NCBI GenBank assembly: GCA_963764025.1
Contig: CAVXRK010000009.1
Location: forward strand, 175,442-239,441
Length of the DNA stretch: 64,000 bases
Origin: an uncultured Acidobacteriota bacterium
GTDB taxonomy: Bacteria > Acidobacteriota > Thermoanaerobaculia > UBA5066 > Gp7-AA6
Direction of reading: 5' to 3'
Part shown: positions 18,443 through 27,565 of the stretch, piece after piece
How the letters are laid out: every line of letters starts with the position of its first letter
Numbering within the stretch: position 1 is the stretch's first letter
Notes under the pieces: generated by a model
The model's database searches: none
What the model was told of the DNA's origin: nothing
What the model saw: only the letters and a program-made list of their open reading frames with translations
Position numbers and translations under genes: made by a program

Positions 18443-19348
18443 CTATGACCGCAGGTCAGCGACGAGGTCGAAGACGGGCGGGCCGGGGATCTCGCGGGCG
18501 ACGGCCTCGAGGAACTTCGCGGCGGGCAGGGGCGGGCGCGCCGGCGCCGTCGGGTTGACGGTCACGGCCAGCAGTCGCGCCGGCCGGCGGACGGCGAGCG
18601 CGACACCGTCCTCCGCGAGGCGGCGGCGAAACACGGGCGAGAGGAAGTACGCCGTAAAGTCCTCGGCGACCAGGGTGTCTCCGCGCGCCGGCGGGCTCTC
18701 GCGGAGGGAGAGCTCGGTGATCGCTCCCGGCAGCTCCCGGACTCGCGCTCGGGGCGCGGGACGCCCCAGACCGATCAGCTCGGCGGCGGACCTCGCCGCG
18801 GCGAGGACCGAGGGGAGCGAGTCGCCGGCCGACATGCCGACCGAGAGCACGATGCCGTCGCAGACGCGCCCGGCGGCGAAGGCCCGGCGCCCGACGGCGC
18901 CGTCCAGAAGAACGACGGCCGCGCCCGCCGCTTCGAGCTCCGCTGCGGTCCGGGCGAGCTCCGAGGCCGTGGAGGGTCCGATGACCTCGAGCTCACCCTC
19001 GCCTTCGACGCGGCGAAGCTCCACCGGCCCGAACCGCGTCGCGAACGGAAGAATCGCGATCGGCGCGAGCGGAAACGTGGCCGCCTCGAACGTCGACCGC
19101 GCCGACGCGACGAGCTGTCCGGGAAAGACGCGGAACCGGGGCTTGGGCTCTCCCGTGATCGCGTCGAACTCCTCGCCATCCCGTCCCGCCGACGTCGCGG
19201 CCGCGGGAACTCCCGAGCGGTGGAGCTCGGCGAGAACGGCCGTGAGCGCGGTCGTCTTGCCGGCGTTCTTGGCGAGGCCGAGGAAGGCGATGCGGCGCGC
19301 GCCCGACCCGCGCAGGAGCGAGGCCAGGGACTCGGCCGCGGCGGTCAC
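18443..19348 (-). CDS. P-loop NTPase, candidate aminomutase accessory/reactivase protein (KamC-like)
   Basis: 301 aa from GTG at 19348 (GTGA overlap with the kdd stop). Walker [11 protein letters not shown]. Positioned between kdd and kamD. Confidence 0.55.
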   Translation of the reverse strand: MTAAAESLASLLRGSGARRIAFLGLAKNAGKTTALTAVLAELHRSGVPAAATSAGRDGEEFDAITGEPKPRFRVFPGQLVASARSTFEAATFPLAPIAILPFATRFGPVELRRVEGEGELEVIGPSTASELARTAAELEAAGAAVVLLDGAVGRRAFAAGRVCDGIVLSVGMSAGDSLPSVLAAARSAAELIGLGRPAPRARVRELPGAITELSLRESPPARGDTLVAEDFTAYFLSPVFRRRLAEDGVALAVRRPARLLAVTVNPTAPARPPLPAAKFLEAVAREIPGPPVFDLVADLRS

Positions 19349-20391
19349 GCGTCTGGTCTTCCCGCGAGCTCCGAGAACGCCCGGGCGAGCGCCGGATGGC
19401 GGCGGAGGAGGTCGAGGGCGAAACCGTCGTGGCCGGGCACGAAGCCGTTGCCGATCGAAAGCCGCGTGGGCTTGGCGAGGCCCTCGGCGCCCAGAGCGGC
19501 GGCCGGGAAGGACGTCGCCATGCCGAAGAAGACGACGGCCCCGTCGTCCCGGGCGCAGAGAACGCTCGCGGCCTCGGTCCCCGAGGCGTTGGCCACGTTG
19601 ACGACGAGGTCCGCGAGCGCGCCCGAAGTCGCCTGCTCGATCGCCCCGAGCATGGCGACGGGATCGCGGGCGTCGACCGAAAAGACCTCGTCGGCGAAAC
19701 CGAGACTGCGGGCGCGGTCGGCCGCGCCGCGGCCGGGCTCGACCGCGAGAACACGCCCGCTGCCTCCCACGGCCTCGCGCGCGGCGGCGAGACACAGGAG
19801 CCCCGCCTTGCCGGTGCCGATGACGAGGACGGTCTGTCCGGCCTTCGCGTCGCGCCGGACCGCGGCGGGCGCGCCGGCGACGTCGAAGGCGGCGAGCGCG
19901 ACCTCTTCCGGGAAATCCTGCGGCAGCCGGGCGAAGAGCGTGCGCGCGAAGAGAATCGCCGTGCCTCGGGCCTCGACCCGCTCGGTCGCCGGATGCACGG
20001 CCCCGATCGACTCGAGCGAGAGCGGCGTCAGCGTCAGGGAGACGAGCGTCGCGATCGGCGTGCCCGGGAGAAGGTTTCCGGCGGCCGGGTGGCGGGGCCC
20101 GACGGCCGCGACCTCGCCGAGCAGCATGCCGCCCGAGCCCGTGACCGGGTTCTGCATCTTGCCGCGCTCGCGCACGATCCGGACGATCTGGTCCCGGACC
20201 GTCTCGCCCGTCGCGGCCTCGGTCTCGCGGAGCTGCCGGAACGAGGCGGAGTCGATCGAGAGCGCGCGCACCGAGACGGCGATCTCGTTCTCGAGCGCGC
20301 GCGGCGTCGCGTCCAGGCGGCGGGCCAGCTGCGGCAGGACGCCCGGCGGATCGAGCGAGCGGTGGAGCCCGAACGGATGGGGCGCCGTCAT
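19345..20391 (-). CDS. kdd: L-erythro-3,5-diaminohexanoate dehydrogenase
   Basis: 348 aa. LSIDSASFRQL, MQNPVTGSGGML and the GTGKAGL Rossmann motif are as I recall for Kdd. Operon context with kamDE/kce/kal. Confidence 0.8.
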   Translation of the reverse strand: MTAPHPFGLHRSLDPPGVLPQLARRLDATPRALENEIAVSVRALSIDSASFRQLRETEAATGETVRDQIVRIVRERGKMQNPVTGSGGMLLGEVAAVGPRHPAAGNLLPGTPIATLVSLTLTPLSLESIGAVHPATERVEARGTAILFARTLFARLPQDFPEEVALAAFDVAGAPAAVRRDAKAGQTVLVIGTGKAGLLCLAAAREAVGGSGRVLAVEPGRGAADRARSLGFADEVFSVDARDPVAMLGAIEQATSGALADLVVNVANASGTEAASVLCARDDGAVVFFGMATSFPAAALGAEGLAKPTRLSIGNGFVPGHDGFALDLLRRHPALARAFSELAGRPDA

Positions 20392-20401
20392 CGGGCCGGC
20401 G

Positions 20402-21203
20402 TCACGGCACGAGGCCGACGATGCGGAGCGGGCCGCCCGAGCCCCCGGCGATCTTCATCGGAAGGGCGATGACCCAGGCGCCCCATTCCGGAAGCTCCTC
20501 GAGGCGGGCGACGTTCTCGAGGCCGAAGACGTTCGACCCGTTGGCGATCACGTGAACGACGAAGTCTTTCGACGCGCCGTAGTCGATGGAGGCCGTGTCG
20601 ACGCCGAGCGCTCCGACCTTGCGCTGTGCCACGAGATACCGGGCCGAATCCTCGCCGTACGACGGAAAATGCAGCTTCGAGGCGTCGCCCGGCGTGTCGT
20701 CGCCGAGGTAGGCCTTGCGGTCCGGCCACCGCGCGCTCCAGCCCGTCCGAAGGAGGACGATCGCGCCGGCGGGGACGGCGCCGTGGGCCTTTTCCCAGGC
20801 TTTCACGTCGTCGAGCCGCAGGCGGTAATCGGGGTCCTTTGCGGCGGCCGCCCGGATGTCGATCACGGCGGCCGGCGCGATCAGGCGCCGGACGGGGATC
20901 TGGTCGGCCGCCTCGCCGTCCCTGGCGAAGTGGCTCGGGGCGTCGAGGTGCGTTCCGCCGTGCTCGGGCGTGCAGAAGGTGTTGGACCGGTAGAACCAGC
21001 CGCCCGGCGTCTTCCCGTCCGCCAGCGACTTGAGCTCGAAGGCCGAGGGCGAGGTCGGCCAGTAGATCGTCTTCTCGTCGAAGGGATGGGTCAGGTCGAC
21101 GACCTTCGCCGTCGCGAGGTCGGGCGGCTTCTGACTTCTCGCCGGCGAGGGCGGACGTCGCGGCCATGGCCAGGACGGCGGCGAGCGCGAAAGCGCGGCG
21201 CAT
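20402..21203 (-). CDS. Secreted cyclase / kynurenine-formamidase family protein, +1 frame disruption near 21128-21140
   Basis: The signal peptide MRRAFALAAVLAMAATSALAGEK is in one frame. The mature domain (DLTHPFDEKTIYWP..EHGGTHLDAPSHF.. then ORF 20402..20866) is in the next frame and has no start codon of its own. The span is 802 nt, which is 267 codons plus 1. Confidence 0.75.
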
Positions 21204-21205
21204 GA

Positions 21206-22143
21206 TCACTCCTCCGCGGCGCCGCCCGCCCGGGCGAGCTGCTCGGGCTTGACGGACTCCGCCTTGAACTTCCTGGCCGAAGCCAGCATCTTGTCGAGCG
21301 TCTCGTCGAAGTCGGCTTTGGCGCCGCGCTGGAAGCGGAGGGGGTTGATGCGCGCGACGACGAAGGTCCGCAGGTACGGGCTGTCGAAGCCCTTGTCCTT
21401 GAGCGCCTTCATCGCGGCCGCGACGGCCTCCTCGAGCTCCATCAGCTTCGCCGCCCGTTCGGCCCTCACCTCGAGCGCCTTCGCGAGCGGCTTGACCGAG
21501 GAACGCGTCGACTCGCTTCAAGACCGGATGGTAGGCGCCGCCGGCGAAGCGCCCGTTCTTCTCGTAACAGATCCCGAGCGTCAGAAACGCGGCCTCCTCG
21601 AACTCGAGGGCGTAGTCCTTCTCGGCGAGGTCGCCGGCGGCGAGGTCGCGCGCCATGCGGATGACCTCGAGCGACTTTTCCCGGAGGTTGTGGGCCTTCT
21701 CGGTGTTCAGGGCCAGGATCTTGTAGGCGATCTCGGCCTCGGGCAGGACGAGGGCGGTGATGGCCCGGGCGCCGAGGTTGCGGAGCGCCGCGAGGCGGTG
21801 GTGCCCGTTGGGCGTCCGGTACATGCCGTCGCGTCCGCGCACGGCGATGATCGGATCGAGGAAGCGGCCGAGGGCGTCGATCACGCCGGTGAGACGTTTG
21901 ACGTGCGACTCCGAGAGGTCCCGCTGGAAGGCCGTCGGCTCGACCTTCTCGATGGGCAGGGAGGCGAGGAGCTGCCAGTGCCCGCCGAGAGGATCGCGGT
22001 AGAGCGCCAGGGCCGCCCCGCCGTCCTCGCGGATCGCGTCGCGCAGGGCCGCGGCCGCCGGGGGAGGCGTTCCCTCGGCGGCCTCGCGGGCCTCGAGGCC
22101 GCGGGATTTCGAGTCGAGCCTTCTTGCGTCGCTTGCCCGCCAT
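21206..22143 (-). CDS. ParB/Srx-like N-terminal nuclease-domain protein, two +1 frame disruptions
   Basis: Three collinear pieces: MAGKRRKKARL (ATG at 22143); ..LPIEKVEPTAFQRDLSESHVKRL..IIAVRGRDGMYRTPNGHHRLAAL.. (frame of ORF 20388..21884); and ORF 21206..21469. The span is 938 nt, which is 312 codons plus 2. Confidence 0.7.
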
Positions 22144-22197
22144 GCGGTCGGATGCTTTCACGGGTCGGCGGCCCGCGTCGAGGCCTCGTCGAAGCCT

Positions 22198-24406
22198 CTA
22201 CCAGGCGATCAGGCCGTCCGTCGCCTGCTCTCGCAGGTACCGCTCGACCATCGCCGGCGTCGTCTCGCCGTAGTACCACCAGCCGGCCGCGAGCGCCTCG
22301 GCGCAGACGCGCCGGGCGATCTCCGCGGCGTTCGTCTTGCCGTCGATCCAGGCCATGGCGGCCGTGCCCATGAGGGCCGAGAGTTTCGGGGAATCGTCGT
22401 CGGGCGGGGCGGGCGTCGTTTTCGCGCCCGCTTTCGGGTTGCGGCGCGCCGCCTCGACGGCCTCCTTGCGCTCGCGCTCGGCGCGCTTGTCGGCGACACG
22501 CTTGTCGGCGACCCGCTTTTCGAGGGCCAGCCAGGCGTCGAGCGTCGTCACGGCGAAGCGGGGGGTCCGGGTGGCCAGGCGCGCAAGCACCGGATCTTCA
22601 CCGGACGGACGGGCCGGAAGCCTCGCGGCGAGGGCGGTTCCCGTGGCCCGGACCGCCTCGACGCTCGCGGCAACCGCGGAGCCGGAGTCGGCCCCGATCG
22701 ACCGGGTCGACTCGACGGCTGCGGCCTCGATCTGCGCCGCGACCGCGAGGAGGTCCGCGGCCGCCCGGCGGCGTTCGTCGTCGTTTCCCTTTCCGTCGCG
22801 GAGCCAGGCCTGGGCGGCGGCGAGGTTCGCCGCCAGGCGCTCGCTGCCGCGCGCGGCCACGAAAGCCGCGAGAAACGGAACGTCCTTCGCATCCGCGTTG
22901 GCGAGCCACCACGCCGTCGCCGCGACCACGAAGGCGTTGCGCTTCAGTTGCGTCGCGATCGATCTGCCAGAGATCGTCCCCGGAGGAGTGGATGTACTCG
23001 TCCGGCCAGTTGGTCAGCGAGGTGCCGGGCACCCGCACCCAGGGATCGTTGAACACGAGGTGGTCGGTCGAGTCGAAGTAGGGGATGGCCCTCGCGCGGT
23101 AGGGCTCCCGCGTCCCGAGGCGCGAGAAGATCGGCTTCGAGAAGGGCGAGCCGGGCGGCGGCGTCTGCGCCTGCCAGGCCGGAAGGAACGCGTTGTTCCC
23201 GTCGACGACCGCGTCGAGGATGCTCTGCTGAACGTCGGAGAGAAAGGACGGCTGCGACCACGGCGTGCGCGCCATGTACTGCGTGCGGTGGCCGTCGGAC
23301 TGTTTGGCGCCGACCATGTCCTGGTTCAGGTTGGCGAGGACCTTCTTCTCTTCGCCGGGGTGATCCGCGAAGTACCGGTATTCGGAGTAGATCTCGTCGG
23401 CCCACCAGAATCGGATTCCGCGCCGGGGCCGGGGGAGCTTGCCGTCGGCGATCAGACGCGTCAGCGCCCGGCCGATCTCGAGGACGTTCGCCACGCCGGA
23501 CTGGTCGTCGTTGGCCGAGAATTTCTCCTCCTGCAGGTGCGCGGTCAGGACGATCTCGGGAAGCGTGGGATCGGTGCCGGGGATGCGGGCCTCGACCATG
23601 GCGGTCTTGCGCTCGGGCAGGACGACCGAGTCGATCGCGACACGCACGTGCATCGGTTGCGGGGGTTTTGCCTCGCCCGCTCCCCAGCGCCGCGCCTCTT
23701 CGCCCCGCATCTTGTCCGCCAGGGCCTTGCCCTGGCGCGGCGAAACCACGATCGCGAAGGTCGTCTTCTCGCCCTTCGGGCCGTCCTGTTCCGGGACCGA
23801 GACCCAGGCGATCTGGTCGGCCGAGTCGGCCAGCGGATTCAGGCGCGACGAGGACCAGGACAGGATTCCCGCGGCGCCGCGCTTCCAGACGGCCTGCTCC
23901 GTGACGAGCCCGACGCTGCCGTAAGCCAGCACGATCTTCCCGCGCACGTCCTTGCCGGCGTAATCGTTCGGACTCTCGCCGGAACCGACGTCGACGAGCT
24001 CGGCCGTGACGGACGCCGGGCGCGAGTTGTCCGCGACCGACGTCGCGACCTCGGCGGACGAGGCGATCTTGGTCTCGACGGCGCTCGCGGCCGGGCCCTC
24101 GAGGAGCCACGCCTGGGCGCTCCGGCAGGTCCAGTTGGGCGTCTGCGCGACCTGGTCGATCCAGCGGACGTCCTGGAGGCCGGCCGCCTTCGCCCGCGCC
24201 TCGACTTCCCGGGCGACCGCGTAGAAGCCTTCCGAGCCGGAGGGCTTGTGCCACTGGGTCGTGATGCGGAGGGTTTCGAAGGCGAGGTCGCCCGACAGCT
24301 CGTTGAGGAGCGTCCGTTCGGTCGCCGTATCGACGAAGGGGGAAGTCTGGGCGAGGGCGAGGCCGGGCAGAAGGACCGCGAGGGCGCCGAGACCCGTCTT
24401 ACGCAT
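22198..24406 (-). CDS. Secreted M28-like peptidase with PA domain, +1 frame disruption near 22950-22965
   Basis: ORF 22598..24406 is real up to ..IHSSGDDLWQID. It continues in ORF 22198..22929 (..QLKRNAFVVAATAWWLAN..). The span is 2209 nt, which is 736 codons plus 1. Confidence 0.8.
22485..22520 (-). repeat. 15-nt tandem duplication (2.3 copies) inside the M28-like gene, encoding KRVADKRVADKR
   Basis: cgcttgtcggcgaca / cgcttgtcggcgacc / cgctttt on the + strand. The repeat is in frame. Confidence 0.6.
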
Positions 24407-24484
24407 GTTCGCTCCGCTTTCGCTTTCGTACGTCTGGGCGCGAACTCTACCGCAGAGACGGGACGTCGGCGACGGACGGGGCGG

Positions 24485-25543
24485 TCAGCGCATCTTGATC
24501 TGGGTGTAGGCGCCTTTCACGACCCCGTCGAAGGTGCCGTCGAAGGCTTCTCCCTCTTCGAGGCTCGTCGCGGCGAACCGGGCGCGCCAGGTCTTCACGT
24601 CGAAGCTCTTCGGGAAGCCGTCCTGCACTTCCTCGAGCGTCTTGCCGGCGTCGACCTCCTTTTCCATGGCGGCGTCGACGGCCTCGAGAAACTCCGCGAC
24701 CTGAAAGATGTACTTCTTGTCCCGCAGGATCTCGCCGTGGCCCGGCACGATCGTCTGCGCGTCGAACTCGGCCATGGCCCGGAGCGTCTTCGGGTGGTCG
24801 ACCGGGAATCCGCCGAAGAGATAGGGGACCGGGTGCACCAGAAGGTCGCCCGTGACCAGGATCTTCTCCTTCGGCAGGTACGCGATGGCGTCGCCGGCCG
24901 TGTTGCCGCGCCCGAGGAAGCGCAGTTCGACCCGCCGGTTCCCGAGATCGATCGCGAGCTCGCGGTCGAACGCCACGTTGGGCGGCACCTGGACGGCGTC
25001 GCGGAACTCGGCCACGACCGGCGCGAGGCCCGCGAGCGATCGCTCGTAGTCCTTGCGGTCTCCCTCCGAGAGAGGGCGGCCGTCGGGTCCTTTGCCCGAA
25101 TCGAGGATCTTCTTGAAGCGCTCGGCGCGCGACGGGTAGCGCGTCACGACCCCGGGGTTGTAGTCGGCGATCGTCTTCTGCGTCGCGCGCGTCGCCACGA
25201 TCTGGACCGCCGGAAACGCCGCCTGGTAGGTCGCGTTCCCGAGGGTGTGGTCGAAGTGCCAGTGCGTGTTGAGGAGCCACGTCACGGGCTTGTCCGTCCA
25301 CCGGCGGATCTGCGCGACGTCCTCCCGGGCGGTCGAGGGCAGGAGACCGGAATCGACGACGAGGACGCCCCGGTCCCCGATGACGACGGTCGTGTTGCTC
25401 TGGGGGAACGTGTCGGGGGCGTCCGGGTGTCGGATCTCGTAGACGCCGTCGGCGAGCTTCGTGACGGTCCGGGTCTTCGTGGCGGTCGAGTCGGCCCGCA
25501 ACGCCGCCGCGGCGGAAAGGAACAGCAGGAAAGCGCGTTTCAT
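24485..25543 (-). CDS. MBL-fold metallo-hydrolase (secreted)
   Basis: ORF 24485..25567 with the start taken at MKRAFLLFLSAAAALRA (signal peptide, AAGGGA SD upstream). HWHFDH motif. Confidence 0.85.
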   Translation of the reverse strand: MKRAFLLFLSAAAALRADSTATKTRTVTKLADGVYEIRHPDAPDTFPQSNTTVVIGDRGVLVVDSGLLPSTAREDVAQIRRWTDKPVTWLLNTHWHFDHTLGNATYQAAFPAVQIVATRATQKTIADYNPGVVTRYPSRAERFKKILDSGKGPDGRPLSEGDRKDYERSLAGLAPVVAEFRDAVQVPPNVAFDRELAIDLGNRRVELRFLGRGNTAGDAIAYLPKEKILVTGDLLVHPVPYLFGGFPVDHPKTLRAMAEFDAQTIVPGHGEILRDKKYIFQVAEFLEAVDAAMEKEVDAGKTLEEVQDGFPKSFDVKTWRARFAATSLEEGEAFDGTFDGVVKGAYTQIKMR

Positions 25544-25621
25544 CGGTCGTCCCTTCTCGAAGTGCATCGGCCGCCCGAATCCTGGACGAGTCGGCGGCGG
25601 TCCGCGCCCTCCGCGGGACGA

Positions 25622-25639
25622 ACGCTCCCTTCGGAGCGT
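25622..25639 (-). terminator. Hairpin (7-bp stem, 4-nt loop) just downstream of the PP2C phosphatase stop
   Basis: acgctcc-cttc-ggagcgt. No clear U tract. Confidence 0.3.
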
Positions 25640-25643
25640 CGAG

Positions 25644-27519
25644 TCAGTCGAGGGTCAGGATGAGCAGTGTCCGGTCGTCGTCCGCCGGCCGGTCCCCGGT
25701 GTGGGCGCGGATCGCCGCGAGGAGAGCGTCGCGCAGGGCGGCCGCGCCGTCGGCGGCGTGCCGGGCGAGCAGCGCTTCGAGCCGCTCGAAACCGAAGGCC
25801 TCGTCGTTGCCGTCCACGGCCTCGACGAAGCCGTCGGTGAGAAGGACGACGAGGTCTCCGGCGGCGAACGAGTACTCCTGCGTCGGAAACGTCCGGTCGG
25901 GAAAGAGGCCGAGCGGAAGTCCGGGCAGCGAGAGCGGCACGACCCGCCCGCCGGAGATCCGGTAAGGAGCGAGCTGACCGGCATTCGTCAGCCGGCCGCG
26001 GCGCGTCGCCGGATCGTAGGCGAGCACGGCCAGAGTCATGAAGTGGCGCGGGTCCGTCGAGCGGTGGATGAGCTCGTTCATCCGGCCGAAGAGCTCGCGC
26101 GTCCCGGTGCCCGGCTTCGAGCAGCGTCGAGAGGCCGGCCTTCGCCATGGCCACGAGCAGTCCCGTGGGAAGCCCGTGCCCGGATACGTCGCCGAGCGCC
26201 ACCGCGGTGCGCCCGCCGCCCATCGGCAGGTAGTCGTAGTAGTCCCCGCCGATCTCGTCGACCGGCTCGAAGTGGGCGAGGACATGGAATCCCGGCAGCG
26301 CGGCCTCGGCCGGGGGGAGGAGCTTGTGCTGGATGGTCCGCGCGATCGCGAGCTCGCTCTGGAGCCGCTCCTTCTCGGCGGTCGCGACGAGCAGTTTCTG
26401 AATCGATTCCGCCATGCCGTCGAAGGAGCGGGCGAGGTCGCCGATCTGGTCGCGGGACTTCGACTGGATCCGGACCGAGAAGTCGCCGCGCGCGATCGCC
26501 CCGGCCGCGCGCGTGAGCCGGTTGACGTTGCGGGCGAGCGACCCGACGAGCGCGAACGCGATCGCCAGGGCGGCGAGGTACACGACGAGGAGGATTCCGG
26601 AGACCGTCACGAACGCGATCCAGAAAGCCCGGTGAATGTCGGCGACGCCCTGCGAGAAGAGCTGCTGGACGAGAAGGTGCGGCGAGGCTTTGGCCTTGAG
26701 GATCGCGACGTCGTAACGGGGTCCCTCCGGCGCGTCGAGCACCGTTTCGAGGTAGAAGGCATGGATCCACTCGCTCTTCCAGAGGCCTTCGCCGGGCGGA
26801 GGCCCTCCCTGCGGGCGGCGGTCCGCGATTTCCTGGACCCGGGACTCCTTCGGCGGCGGCGCCTTGGTCCGGACCTCGAATCCCTGGTTGTCCTCGGAGG
26901 CCTGCTCCGCCTCGGCGCCGACCTCGTACCCGGTCCGGTCCGCCAGCTCCTGGAGCCACGGAGCGGCGGGATCGGAGAGCTCGAGGAGCCGCGCCTCTCC
27001 CCGGCGGCCCGACGGCACCGCGAGCCACAGCCGGTCGCCGGACACGAGGAACCCGGGCCGGGCGAGGGCTTCGACCCACGGCGCCGGATCGCCCTTCTTG
27101 AGCCAGGGGACTCCCGAGGCGGTCACATGGCCCGACTGGGCGGTCACGGCCGGAAGCTCGGTGCGCCGAGCCGCGGCGGTCTCGCCGACGGCGGTGATCT
27201 CGCGCCGCAGCCGGTTCGCCATGTACTGGTGCGCGACGATGTACGAGGCCAGCGAGAGAAGGACCGCGACGAGCGGGATCGGCACGACGCCGATGAGAAA
27301 GTAGGAGAAGGCCAGCCGCAGCGCCGTCCGGCGCACCACCACGCGGAAAAGGGCGACCGCGCCCCGTCCGAGCAGCACGAGGCACGCCACGGCGGCGGCG
27401 ATCGTGAGGAGCGTGGGCGCACATCCGGCATCGGGGCTCACCCGGTGGAGAATCGTCGCGCCGACCGCGGAGACGGCGAAGACGCCGAGCCAGACGCGCG
27501 TCGATTTCTTGAGGGCCAC
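25644..27519 (-). CDS. Membrane sensor with HAMP domain and PP2C/SpoIIE phosphatase domain (RsbU-like), +1 frame disruption near 26100-26118
   Basis: ORF 25540..27519 is real up to ..AMAKAGLSTLLEAG. It continues in ORF 25644..26285 (TRELFGRMNELIHRST..TLLILTLD). The span is 1876 nt, which is 625 codons plus 1. GDYYDY and GDVSGHG motifs. Confidence 0.85.
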
Positions 27520-27528
27520 CGCCGCCGC

Positions 27529-27534
27529 ATTGTA
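27529..27534 (-). promoter_or_regulatory. Candidate -10 box TACAAT, 9 nt upstream of the GTG of the PP2C sensor gene
   Basis: attgta on the + strand. Forms an 8-bp inverted repeat with 27558-27565. Confidence 0.3.
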
Positions 27535-27559
27535 GCGAGGAGCGGTTTCCGCCTTCGGC

Positions 27560-27565
27560 TACAAT
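27560..27565 (+). promoter_or_regulatory. Candidate -10 box TACAAT for the guaA-upstream membrane protein gene
   Basis: Overlaps the ATG at 27564. If it is functional, the GTG at 27576 (10 nt downstream) would be the start. Confidence 0.3.

Noticed and set aside
18415-20401. Cobalamin riboswitch controlling the B12-dependent kamDE genes
   Set aside because: The spacers are only 28 nt (P-loop gene to kamD) and 10 nt (cyclase to kdd). There is no room for a roughly 200-nt element and no B12-box-like sequence.
22337-25663. 1108-aa ORF on the plus strand
   Set aside because: It is antisense to the M28-like peptidase and the MBL hydrolase, both of which have clear motifs. Its translation is Arg/Ala/Gly-rich with no domains.
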